Shown: positions 8,674-16,970 of the stretch, piece after piece
Layout of the letters: the number at the start of each line of letters is the position of its first letter
Position numbering within the stretch: the stretch's first letter is position 1
Virus record (IMG/VR): IMGVR_UViG_3300043451_000112
Location: 1 to 34,603 of that record
Length of the DNA stretch: 34,603 nucleotides
Strand: one strand, 5' to 3'
DNA from: a virus
Taxonomy: Duplodnaviria > Caudoviricetes
Position numbers and translations under genes: made by a program
The notes under the pieces: generated by a model
The model's database searches: none
Told to the model about the DNA's origin: nothing
Seen by the model: the letters and a program-made list of their open reading frames with translations, nothing else

Positions 8674-9423
8674 TTACTGAATATAAACGCGGTCGCGCAT
8701 TTTGTGATTGATAATTGACTCCATTTCTGAAATGATAGTCTTTGTTGTTTTGATTGCCTCGATTCTGCGGCCTGACTCTTTGAGTTTGGCTATCATTTTG
8801 CCATGATCGTATTTGCCATTATTTTGAAGTGCAAGCATAACGAGGTACATACGTGAGCTATACGGGTTGTCCATGTGGCCAATAAAGTCGTTTAGCATTA
8901 CGGTGAGCTCAACAATATGGTCGTAATGGTTCAATCTGAATTGTCCATCTCTGAAAGCGTCAATCCCCTCTTTGCCGTTTGGCGTGCCGTCATGAAACAA
9001 TTTGACCGCAGTTGAAAGGCTTAGTCCTGGGTGTTGGTCTAAGAACTCGCGAAGCTCAATGTAATCATGTTTTTTGAGGTCAATGTAGCTATTCAAGAAA
9101 TCCGTGTTTTTCCATTTGGTGTGATTGCTATTTATTGCCGGAACAATTGTCAAATCTGCCTCTTTGTGGATGACATAGTAAACATTGGTTCTGAGCTCTT
9201 TGGAAACTACATAGCGGTGTTGTCCGTCAATGATTTGCATCGCCTCGTTTACGATAATTGGCGCGTATTTTAGTACGTCAACTCCCTGCTGAATGATGTC
9301 TTTGATTTTGTTTACTTTGCGCTCGTCTAAATCGCGGTTGCCTTTTAGGAATTTAAAGCGGCCGTAATCGGTTGTAAAGTAAATTTTTGTGTTCGATTCG
9401 ACATGGTTAAAAGTAACATCCAT
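8674..9423 (-). CDS. ParB/Srx-like N-terminal domain protein with DGQHR motif
   Basis: GNR...PIIVN...IIDGQHR. Has its own promoter. Confidence 0.8.
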   Translation of the reverse strand: MDVTFNHVESNTKIYFTTDYGRFKFLKGNRDLDERKVNKIKDIIQQGVDVLKYAPIIVNEAMQIIDGQHRYVVSKELRTNVYYVIHKEADLTIVPAINSNHTKWKNTDFLNSYIDLKKHDYIELREFLDQHPGLSLSTAVKLFHDGTPNGKEGIDAFRDGQFRLNHYDHIVELTVMLNDFIGHMDNPYSSRMYLVMLALQNNGKYDHGKMIAKLKESGRRIEAIKTTKTIISEMESIINHKMRDRVYIQ

Positions 9424-9449
9424 AGCACATTATTTTAGGTTATTCACAT

Positions 9450-9457
9450 CAAAGGTA
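9450..9457 (-). promoter_or_regulatory. Bacteroidota -7 promoter box
   Basis: TACCTTTG, directly after a terminator and 26 nt upstream of the ATG. Confidence 0.7.
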
Positions 9458-9460
9458 AAT

Positions 9461-9488
9461 AAAAAGCCAATCCGATTGAATTGGCTTT
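9461..9488 (-). terminator. Intrinsic terminator ending the recombination operon
   Basis: Minus AAAGCCAATTC-aatc-GGATTGGCTTTTT. Confidence 0.8.
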
Positions 9489-9495
9489 GAGGTTG

Positions 9496-9909
9496 TTAGT
9501 CTTGTTTAGGATTATTGCAATGTTCAATTATCTCCCTTGCTTTATCAAAAGTGATTCTACCAATCAATTGGTCGGCTACTGTTAATGTGAGCTCATGGCT
9601 TAAAACGTCCCATTCAATAATGAAGTTTTGAGCCTCGAAATTGACTAGAAAATACGGATAGCCGTGTTTATTCTCGAAAACGTCATCGCTGGCATCTTCA
9701 CGTTTAAAGCCTATGGCAATCACCTCGTCATAGGTTGGATTTAGTTGCTTCCTGCGCTCTTCAATAGTTTTATCATTAAGCTCGCTTAGTGAGTCTGCAA
9801 AAATTGGTTTAATGGTTGAGGTGTAATTGTTACGGTTTTTGTAAAGTATTTCGCGAAGTTTTTGCATTTGCTTTTCCTGCCATTCTCTTACTTGTTCTTG
9901 TGTTGCCAT
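9496..9909 (-). CDS. Hypothetical protein
   Basis: 137-aa ORF in operon context with a typical leader. Confidence 0.7.
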   Translation of the reverse strand: MATQEQVREWQEKQMQKLREILYKNRNNYTSTIKPIFADSLSELNDKTIEERRKQLNPTYDEVIAIGFKREDASDDVFENKHGYPYFLVNFEAQNFIIEWDVLSHELTLTVADQLIGRITFDKAREIIEHCNNPKQD

Positions 9910-9926
9910 TTTACTTAGTTTTTAGG

Positions 9927-10127
9927 TTACTTATTCTTTTTCATGTAGTCGTCAATCAATCCCATGGTTTGCGCGCTGATAGTGCCCTCACCTGTCAAAA
10001 ATCGGCCAATAGCCTGCATATTGGTGTAGCCAAATGAGCTGCAAATTATCCACGGGGTTGTTTGCTTTTGTAAACAATAGCGCTCCACTTTTTTGGCGAA
10101 GCGCTTTTCTAGTTTGGTTTGGGTCAT
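9927..10127 (-). CDS. Small HTH (Cro/XRE-like) DNA-binding protein, putative
   Basis: 66 aa. The segment TPWIICSSFGYTNMQAIGRFLTGEGTISAQTM resembles an XRE helix-turn-helix. Confidence 0.5.
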   Translation of the reverse strand: MTQTKLEKRFAKKVERYCLQKQTTPWIICSSFGYTNMQAIGRFLTGEGTISAQTMGLIDDYMKKNK

Positions 10128-10558
10128 TCCTCAATTGTTTGTTCACTTTGGAAATAGTCCAAAATTTTGGTTTCTACTATTGATTTGATTTCAGGCTCAA
10201 ACATAAATACCTCCGCATTGTATTGTGTAGCGATTTCTTTGGCTCTTTCAATGTTTGACGCGTTCACAAGCATTTTCATCTTTATTTCGCGGTCGTCAAT
10301 ATCGGTGTGAATTTGTTTGACTAAAAAGAACTTTTCAAATTGATTTTCTTTGTCTCCAATGATTTCATCAACCATAAATTTATCCATTTTCATGATCGTG
10401 AACTCGCCTTTAATCATGGAGCCTAAATGAGTGTAAACGTTAGCCTCGCAGTCGGTGAATGTGTGGCCATCGAATAGGTATTGTTCAACAACGCGCTTAA
10501 ATGTGCCGTTATCGAATTGCTTGGTGTAGCTTACTTTGGTTAAAAATGTTTGTTTCAT
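10124..10558 (-). CDS. DUF4494-like protein (Bacteroidota family)
   Basis: KVSY...KRVVEQYLFDGHTFTDCEA...MLVNASNIERA...IKSIVETKILD pattern. Confidence 0.75.
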   Translation of the reverse strand: MKQTFLTKVSYTKQFDNGTFKRVVEQYLFDGHTFTDCEANVYTHLGSMIKGEFTIMKMDKFMVDEIIGDKENQFEKFFLVKQIHTDIDDREIKMKMLVNASNIERAKEIATQYNAEVFMFEPEIKSIVETKILDYFQSEQTIEE

Positions 10559-11244
10559 AACTCAATTACTTGGTTTTTATCAGCGCAAATGGTTGGGATT
10601 CCGAAAGCCTTTTCAGTATCCTGAATGAAGCGTTTTTCATCCGCATATCCATCGCTAAGGTGAATTAAAATGATTTGTTTGCACTCGCTTAAATCGAGCG
10701 TTTTTAGGGTTAATAAAGCTGTTTGAAAGCTCATGTGCGAGCGAAAGCGTCTTTTGTTTACAAAGTCATCTGCTTTGCCTTTGATGAGCTCCTCACAATA
10801 GTTGGCTTCAATCATTACGCAGGTGAACTTAAATGCCGAAAAGTCAAATTGTAACTTGTAGTTATCCGTAATGAATAACAGGTCGTCAATGATGAAATTA
10901 AGCGGTTCGGCTGCGTCATGGTTGGCTTTGAAGCATTTAACAGGCCCACTAATCGCGCCGTGATAAAGCGCTCTTTGCCTATCCTCTGGTCCTACTTTCA
11001 GCGCATCGTAAGTACCTACGCTTGCAAACATTGGTATTCCTGCTCCAATTACTTGGCGCCATGCTTTCGAATGATCAAGGTGTTCGTGACTCACAACGCA
11101 GGCTTTAATTTTTAGCATGTCAAAATTGACTGCCTTTTGTATCTCGGCGAACTTTACACCGCACTCAACTAAGAGTGCGGTGTTGTTCTTTTCGATTATA
11201 TAGGCGTTGCCCTTGCTTCCGGATGAAATAATGTTGATTTTCAT
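10555..11244 (-). CDS. MBL-fold metallo-hydrolase (YycJ/WalJ-like exonuclease)
   Basis: SSGSKGNAY, SHEHLDH, HDAAEP, ITD, IEANY and HLS motifs. Confidence 0.92.
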   Translation of the reverse strand: MKINIISSGSKGNAYIIEKNNTALLVECGVKFAEIQKAVNFDMLKIKACVVSHEHLDHSKAWRQVIGAGIPMFASVGTYDALKVGPEDRQRALYHGAISGPVKCFKANHDAAEPLNFIIDDLLFITDNYKLQFDFSAFKFTCVMIEANYCEELIKGKADDFVNKRRFRSHMSFQTALLTLKTLDLSECKQIILIHLSDGYADEKRFIQDTEKAFGIPTICADKNQVIEL

Positions 11245-12113
11245 TACTCAGGGAATTCCGATGGTTCTGCCTCTGCTTTTGCTTCGGTTGGCCTTGCTGA
11301 CTTAATAGCATTTTTCGGCTCGTTTGCCTCAATTTCAAAAGTCACTTGCTCGCTTGCTGTGTCCTCAACAATTTCATGCTTAATATCAATCGTTGTAGGC
11401 TCGTCTGTGTCCTCATCGTAACCACCCACTAGAATAACATCAGTTGAGCTATTGATAGGAGTTTTGCAAGCGCGGTTAATGACTGTCTTTTTAGCCATTT
11501 CCTCGGTAAAGTTTTTGTGAGCAGGTGAGTTGCCACGTGTCGCACCTTGATTCCATGCGGCTCTGATTTGCTCCATAGTCATTACGGTTGCAGTTGTAGA
11601 TCCATCTTTGTAGATTACAATTGCATAGGCCGCAATAATCTTGTCGTTGGCAATGTTCTCGAGCTTGTTAATGTGTTTATAGATTTCTTGGCGACCTGTT
11701 TTCACGTCAGTTCCGTACTCGAATACATCGTTTTGGTAAACTACAACTGCGTTTACCTCTTTCACCTCAGCCACTCGCTTAGCCAAAGCAATTGAACCTT
11801 GATAGCTTCGCGACCATGTCAATTCCTTGTCGTAAGGAATAAAGTATCCTTGCTTTTTAAGTACGCTTAGACCCTCTACAACCATTTTCAAAAGTGATTG
11901 AGCAATACTCGTTTTTGAGCAATACTGCAAAACCGAATGGCCGTCTTTTGTTTTTAGGTCTGACAAGACTAGCATTGCGCCTTTGAGCGCATTCTCTGGT
12001 GAGTAGTCTTTTGGGATTCTTAACTCGCCTGATTTCTCAAAGGCTTGCACTTTTTGGAGCACCTGTGTGGTAATGTCCTTTTCTGCCACTGCTGGCTGTG
12101 TTGTTGTGTTCAT
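11244..12113 (-). CDS. recT: RecT-family single-strand annealing protein
   Basis: GLS..KKQGYFIPY, SYQG, VVYQNDVFEY, IIAAYA and EMAKKTVINRACK, plus an acidic tail. Confidence 0.93.
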   Translation of the reverse strand: MNTTTQPAVAEKDITTQVLQKVQAFEKSGELRIPKDYSPENALKGAMLVLSDLKTKDGHSVLQYCSKTSIAQSLLKMVVEGLSVLKKQGYFIPYDKELTWSRSYQGSIALAKRVAEVKEVNAVVVYQNDVFEYGTDVKTGRQEIYKHINKLENIANDKIIAAYAIVIYKDGSTTATVMTMEQIRAAWNQGATRGNSPAHKNFTEEMAKKTVINRACKTPINSSTDVILVGGYDEDTDEPTTIDIKHEIVEDTASEQVTFEIEANEPKNAIKSARPTEAKAEAEPSEFPE

Positions 12114-12136
12114 TGTATATGGATTTAAAATTTTAA

Positions 12137-12157
12137 CAAATATAAGTATTTATAGTT
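12137..12157 (-). promoter_or_regulatory. recT promoter (-7 box) overlapped by a 17-bp operator
   Basis: Minus TATATTTG at 12137-12144; TATAAGTATTTATAGTT at 12141-12157. Confidence 0.7.
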
Positions 12158-12323
12158 ACTTGTCGTTAACTATTTTGTAAATCAGCATGTAAAACATTAC
12201 TAAAAAGCCAATTATAATGAAGTAAATGGCGCCGTCTTTAATCATGCCAACAAGCCAAATGCTAGCGAAAATCGAAGTCATAACTGCAATAGCTTTTAGG
12301 TGTTTAATTATTGCTGTTTTCAT
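12156..12323 (-). CDS. Small membrane protein (55 aa)
   Basis: Read by hand: MKTAIIKHLKAIAVMTSIFASIWLVGMIKDGAIYFIIMAFLVMFYMLIYKIVNDK*. Fills the gap in the operon. Confidence 0.6.
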   Translation of the reverse strand: MKTAIIKHLKAIAVMTSIFASIWLVGMIKDGAIYFIIIGFLVMFYMLIYKIVNDK

Positions 12324-12332
12324 CGTTCTTGT

Positions 12333-12530
12333 TTAAAGTTTCTCTAATTCTTGCTTTACTTGTTCCCAATAGCCTTTAACTGAAACAACACCCCAATTAT
12401 TGATTTGACATAAAATCTCATCAACTGCAATCAATGCACATTGCTTAGCATTATGTTCAGGAGATGAGCCGTCTGCGACTTGCTGATAATAATTGAAATA
12501 TAAATCTCTTGCTTTTTCTTGTGGTGTCAT
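12333..12530 (-). CDS. Hypothetical phage protein
   Basis: MTPQEKARDL...AKQCALIAVDEIL...YWEQVKQELEKL. ATGA-coupled to the upstream gene. Confidence 0.75.
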   Translation of the reverse strand: MTPQEKARDLYFNYYQQVADGSSPEHNAKQCALIAVDEILCQINNWGVVSVKGYWEQVKQELEKL

Positions 12531-12727
12531 TTCTCTAATTTTTGAATGATCACTATTGACCTTCTTGCGAGTATTCTATTTTGAATATTTTTTATGTTTC
12601 GCCTGTGCTCATGAATATCATCCGGGTGCAAACTATGCTCGCTTTCGACTTCCAATAAAGCCCTATAAAGCCTTCCGGTTAGATCAATAACTTTAGCTTC
12701 GTTTTCGGTTAGTTCTCTTCTACTCAT
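12527..12727 (-). CDS. Hypothetical protein
   Basis: ATGA overlaps at both ends. Confidence 0.7.
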   Translation of the reverse strand: MSRRELTENEAKVIDLTGRLYRALLEVESEHSLHPDDIHEHRRNIKNIQNRILARRSIVIIQKLEK

Positions 12728-12936
12728 GGCTTCTCAGTTTTTTCAAGTTCTGCGAGTAGCGCGTCAGATTGCTTCACTGCCATTTTTGCAATATCCTCCT
12801 CTGTCCAACAAATAGCGTCTTTCATAGAGTATAGTCCAATCATTGCCAATCCTGCAAAATACTCGCGCTTAGTTAGGCCTTCTTGCCTTTCAAATTCATT
12901 CATAGAAGCAAATGCTCCTTGTTTTCCATTTTCCAT
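12724..12936 (-). CDS. Hypothetical phage protein (GLTKREYFA family)
   Basis: GLTKREYFAGLAM...AVKQSDALLAEL, a motif I recognise as common in small phage proteins. Confidence 0.75.
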   Translation of the reverse strand: MENGKQGAFASMNEFERQEGLTKREYFAGLAMIGLYSMKDAICWTEEDIAKMAVKQSDALLAELEKTEKP

Positions 12937-12954
12937 TTTATCTTGATTTTAGGG

Positions 12955-14886
12955 TTATACAATTACAGTTAATTCACTAAACGACTTATCCACCTGCAAG
13001 CTAATTACTTGGCAGTCCGTTTCGATTATATCAACAATGCTTTCACGTGCGTCAATGAATACAGGCGCAAACATTCCGAAATGGTAGTTTAGCGCGTTGA
13101 TTACGTCAAGGCCAGCATTGATTTTCATCGCGGTGTTTAGATCGTTGTAAGGCGTTCCGTTTACAGTTGCCTCACACGTTGGCGCCAAACCTCCGTTGAT
13201 TTGCTCATCAAACATTTTCCACTTGACAATTGCAAACTTCGCGTTTACTCGGCTCTCGACTAGCTCAATGTGTGCTTTTTCGTAGGCGTCAATTTGGAAA
13301 GCCACGCGCTCAAGGCTTGCGATTTGTTGCGCTAGTACGCGCTTGTTTTCTGATAACTCGGCAATACGTGTGTTAATATCAGTAATGTGGCTAAGTTTTG
13401 CGAGCGATGACTCTACCTCTTTGATTTGCTCATCGAGTTGCTCGCGTTCCTGCTTCAATGCGTTGTTGCAAACCGCCTCAGGTGTGTAAGGCTTATGGTT
13501 GTCGATGGCGTTTTTCAATGCTACCATATCAGGCGTGTCGCTTGGCTCTTGCTCGACTACAAATGAGCTTTCAACCTCTTTGAGGTAGGTGTTTTTCGTC
13601 TCGATGTCGTTAGCAATTCGGATCAATGTTAAGTCAAGAGTTTGCGCCTGGCGTTGCTCGGCTTCTTTGAGCTCTTTGATGTCAGTAGCCTCTTTGAGTA
13701 TTTGCGCTATTGCGTTGGCTCTAGCTACATTGAACTTCTCGAGTTGTTGCTCTTCGTTGTTGTCCATTGGGCGGTTGCAACATGGGCAGTTTTCAGCTAC
13801 AAACGTAAATTGCTCAGCTTTCTTTTTAGTCCATGCCTCTTTGAGTTTATCCGATGCGGCTTGGCGTTGCTCGATTGACTTTTCGAGTGCTGTAAGTTTT
13901 GATTTAGTTTCAGCCTGCTCAAACTCTAGCTTTTGGATTTCTAGGCGCAAATCTGCTTTGCGTTTCTCGTATGCCTGTGCTCGGTCGTTATGGTCTTTGA
14001 GTAGCTCGCGTTTTGCTTTGCTTAGCTCATCCTGCCATTTGTAAAGCTGATTGTTGCTATCAATGACCTTTTGTTGCTCGGCTTTGTTTTGCTCGGCGAT
14101 GCTATCTAGCTTATCATTTAAGATAGCTTTTGAATCTTTCAAGTAAGCTAGTTTGTTGCATTGCTCATTAAAATCCAACTCGGTTACGGTCATGCTTGTG
14201 AGCTCTTCAATCTTGGGTGCAATGCCATCTAGTTGCTCCTTTAATCTTTTGCGCTCCGATGCGATGCGCGTTTTTTCGTCTGTAAGCGACTTTCTTGCCT
14301 CAAGTAAGGCAAGTAGTTCATTTGCTGATTTAAATTCGTCAGGCGCAAAATTTAGCACGTCTTCGGGCGTTGTATCGCCTGCAATGGAAGTTAAAATCTC
14401 GCGGCGCTCCTGCCATTTCATTTTCTCATTGAAATAAAGCGGTGAACTGATGACCTTTGCAATGGTGTCAGAAATCATGCCTTTGACGTATGTGTCAAAC
14501 TCTGATTTGCTTTTTGGAATTTGGTCGATGAAATACTCGGTTGTGTGCCCCGTTAGCTCTTCATGCTCGTTACCGCGTTTCTTTTGCCATTTCTCTTTGT
14601 AACGGCGCTCTAGTTGAATGACATCGCTATTTAGGATAAACACACCGCGCACGCTTGCAACTAGGTTATGAATGACGTTTCCGTTTTCATCTAGGCGCTT
14701 GATGCTAAAATCTTGTTGATCATGCGAGTTCTTGCCGTAAAGTAACCAGGTGTAAGCGTCAAAGATGGTCGATTTACCTACGCCGTTGGTGCCGGCAATG
14801 GTGGTTTGTTGTGCAAAATCAATCTCTAAATCGTTGATTTTCTTAAAGTCGCGAATATGCAACTTGCTTAAAATTAGCTTTTTCAT
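12955..14886 (-). CDS. Rad50/SbcC-like coiled-coil ABC ATPase
   Basis: RDFK, Walker A GTNGVGKST, long coiled coils, central CPCC hook, LNTA signature and VFID Walker B. Confidence 0.88.
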   Translation of the reverse strand: MKKLILSKLHIRDFKKINDLEIDFAQQTTIAGTNGVGKSTIFDAYTWLLYGKNSHDQQDFSIKRLDENGNVIHNLVASVRGVFILNSDVIQLERRYKEKWQKKRGNEHEELTGHTTEYFIDQIPKSKSEFDTYVKGMISDTIAKVISSPLYFNEKMKWQERREILTSIAGDTTPEDVLNFAPDEFKSANELLALLEARKSLTDEKTRIASERKRLKEQLDGIAPKIEELTSMTVTELDFNEQCNKLAYLKDSKAILNDKLDSIAEQNKAEQQKVIDSNNQLYKWQDELSKAKRELLKDHNDRAQAYEKRKADLRLEIQKLEFEQAETKSKLTALEKSIEQRQAASDKLKEAWTKKKAEQFTFVAENCPCCNRPMDNNEEQQLEKFNVARANAIAQILKEATDIKELKEAEQRQAQTLDLTLIRIANDIETKNTYLKEVESSFVVEQEPSDTPDMVALKNAIDNHKPYTPEAVCNNALKQEREQLDEQIKEVESSLAKLSHITDINTRIAELSENKRVLAQQIASLERVAFQIDAYEKAHIELVESRVNAKFAIVKWKMFDEQINGGLAPTCEATVNGTPYNDLNTAMKINAGLDVINALNYHFGMFAPVFIDARESIVDIIETDCQVISLQVDKSFSELTVIV

Positions 14887-14911
14887 TGTTGTTGTATATT
14901 GGTTTTGGGTG

Positions 14912-14938
14912 TAAATATAGGTATAATTATTTATAGTT
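14912..14938 (-). promoter_or_regulatory. ATPase promoter (variant -7 box) with a 17-bp operator
   Basis: Minus TATATTTA at 14912-14919; TATAATTATTTATAGTT at 14922-14938. Confidence 0.6.
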
Positions 14939-14941
14939 GGT

Positions 14942-15241
14942 TTATTTTTCAATAATAATTTTATACTCCATTGCGTTGGCTATATCAAACTCAAGTTTTG
15001 CGCCTTTGGATTTGTTCCAACCATGCAAAAGGCAAATTGTATCGCATTTTAAAAGCGCTTCAATACATTCTTTCATATAGCTTTCCCAACTTTTGTCATG
15101 ATTGTGCGGCAGCTCCATTGGATTTACCACATTGTGCCCTAATCTTTTTAACTCAATCTCAGCGTTTTTAAACGCCTCTTTTCTTGATTTTAAGTCATGG
15201 CCACTTATAGGACCTGCTATGTAAACTTTTTTATTTATCAT
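14942..15241 (-). CDS. DUF4406 / nucleoside deoxyribosyltransferase-like protein
   Basis: KVYIAGPISG, VVNP, WESYMKECIEALLKCD and GWNKSKGAKLE. Confidence 0.85.
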   Translation of the reverse strand: MINKKVYIAGPISGHDLKSRKEAFKNAEIELKRLGHNVVNPMELPHNHDKSWESYMKECIEALLKCDTICLLHGWNKSKGAKLEFDIANAMEYKIIIEK

Positions 15242-15254
15242 TTTGTCGTCGTTT

Positions 15255-15455
15255 TTATTTGTTACCATTCTGTTTATCCTCAATCCTGTACAATTGCTTT
15301 TTGATTTCGCAATAGTACGCCACAGCGCTAAAAATTAAACCCTTTTCATTTTGCACATCGAAAAAGCAAAGCAAAGCTGCTATCAACCAAACGTTGCCAA
15401 TGGCGCTAAAAAATTTCGCCATTTTTTGCTCGTGTGTTTTCTTTTCTCTTACCAT
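15255..15455 (-). CDS. Hypothetical small membrane protein
   Basis: Hydrophobic segment FFSAIGNVWLIAALLCFF, in operon context. Confidence 0.55.
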   Translation of the reverse strand: MVREKKTHEQKMAKFFSAIGNVWLIAALLCFFDVQNEKGLIFSAVAYYCEIKKQLYRIEDKQNGNK

Positions 15456-16207
15456 TGCATCCCATTTTTGCACGCGAGCTTTACGGTCTCCTGCGCTAAG
15501 TAATAAATCTTTTTCGGTAATATCTGCTGTACTGCGTCTTCTACTTGGTTTTTTGCTACGTCTCGAATGTAAACGTCTCTAGCGGCATCCTTGAGGTTTG
15601 CCCATTCATGGCGCATTTGCCTCCAAAACTTGTCCGCTATAACGCGAGCTTCAAACATATCTCCCATCCATTCATTGAACTCTAGGCTATCAATGTACTT
15701 TTGTTTGGCGCGTAGGAAAAATTGTTCTTCCGCCTCATTTGATGCTTGTTGCTTTGTGTTCTCGATGTGCTGCTGTTCAATCACCTGGCGCAGGATTTGC
15801 TTTTTCTTGATGTAGTCGCGAATTGGCGTCATGAACTCATCAAGGGTCATCTTTTGGCCGGGAATCTTTTGCACGGGTGTAAACTCAAAACAGGCGTTTA
15901 GGTCATCGAGTGAAAGCGGTTCGTTTGAATTGAGTAGCGTCTGAATAATTGCAGAAAGCAAGTCGTTACTAATTCTCTCACTCTCCAATCCGTAGCGAAT
16001 CTCTAATATCTTCAAAATCAGATTTTGCGTTTCTACTATCGTATTTGACAAGTTTACCGATGAACTCTGTAGTATCGATGTTGCCTGTTGCGTGCTCAAG
16101 ATAACGTTTCGCGACTTCAACTTGCTCTGTATTGAGGCTTCCGAGTCGTTCCAAATTTCTAATAGCCTTGTAAACGTGGGCGTATTTTCTTTCTTGTAAT
16201 GTTCCAT
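15449..16207 (-). CDS. Hypothetical protein downstream of the initiator (possible helicase loader); start uncertain
   Basis: 252-aa ORF overlapping the initiator 3' end by 230 nt. Function inferred from position only. Confidence 0.55.
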   Translation of the reverse strand: MEHYKKENTPTFTRLLEIWNDSEASIQSKLKSRNVILSTQQATSILQSSSVNLSNTIVETQNLILKILEIRYGLESERISNDLLSAIIQTLLNSNEPLSLDDLNACFEFTPVQKIPGQKMTLDEFMTPIRDYIKKKQILRQVIEQQHIENTKQQASNEAEEQFFLRAKQKYIDSLEFNEWMGDMFEARVIADKFWRQMRHEWANLKDAARDVYIRDVAKNQVEDAVQQILPKKIYYLAQETVKLACKNGMQW

Positions 16208-16970
16208 TTTGTGGTGTTATTTGTGGTTTAGTAAAAGTTTCAGTTATTATTTCGTCGTTCCAAGTTTTTTGATTGATGTATGTTGATGGGTCTTTACGAA
16301 ATTGCCTATCGGGTTTTGATGCTACGTACTTGGGCACATGATCCAAAATCTTTACGATGTCCTCATCTTTAAGTTTCATGAATTTTGGCTTTGCAATATC
16401 CTTACCTACTTTTTTGCCGTACGTTTCCCAAAACCAATCAAATTGCTGTTCTCTCAAATTGACATCATCTAAAACTAATTCACTTTGATCAATGGAATCC
16501 AATTCTTTTTTTATCCATTTTTTTATGTTATCTGTTATTAGTTTATAGTTATTAGTTATTAGTATATCTATCTTACCAGTTAGTAGTACACTTAGTTGTT
16601 CACTTAGTTGTCCGGTTAGTGGTACAGTTAGCGGTTCACTTAGTGGTACAGTTAGAGGTTCACTTTTGGACAACACCAAAATGGATATTTGAGGTGCTTT
16701 GTAGTCGTTTTCACCTTTCTTATATTTGATTAATTTCCAACTTTGAAGCTCGTTTAGGCATTTATAGTAGGTTGCTTTACTGCCAATGCAAGCGCCTGCC
16801 ATTGCTAAATCGTACGGAAGTTTAAACCATTCACTCCAATTACTGCGGTTGTTTTGGTTCAAAAGGAACATATATAGCGCCACATGGCTTTTATTTACCT
16901 TGTTTGGATTCTCGTACACAAACGAGTAAAAAGAGCTTATTTGCTCGTAAATATTAATGCGTGGCTTCAT
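15978..16970 (-). CDS. Replication initiator / replisome organiser
   Basis: N-terminal winged HTH (ALYMFLL...YKCLNELQSWKLIKY), central iterons and a C-terminal FDWFWETY.KKVGK...KDPSTYINQKTW.DE domain. Confidence 0.85.
   Translation of the reverse strand: MKPRINIYEQISSFYSFVYENPNKVNKSHVALYMFLLNQNNRSNWSEWFKLPYDLAMAGACIGSKATYYKCLNELQSWKLIKYKKGENDYKAPQISILVLSKSEPLTVPLSEPLTVPLTGQLSEQLSVLLTGKIDILITNNYKLITDNIKKWIKKELDSIDQSELVLDDVNLREQQFDWFWETYGKKVGKDIAKPKFMKLKDEDIVKILDHVPKYVASKPDRQFRKDPSTYINQKTWNDEIITETFTKPQITPQNGTLQERKYAHVYKAIRNLERLGSLNTEQVEVAKRYLEHATGNIDTTEFIGKLVKYDSRNAKSDFEDIRDSLRIGE
16580..16663. repeat. Seven tandem 12-bp iterons (probable replication origin)
   Basis: TTAGTAGTACAC, TTAGTTGTTCAC, TTAGTTGTCCGG, TTAGTGGTACAG, TTAGCGGTTCAC, TTAGTGGTACAG, TTAGAGGTTCAC, next to an AT-rich tract. 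Confidence 0.85.

Noticed and set aside
16580-16663. CRISPR array
   Set aside because: The units are contiguous 12-bp repeats with no spacers, in frame within a gene, and there are no cas genes.
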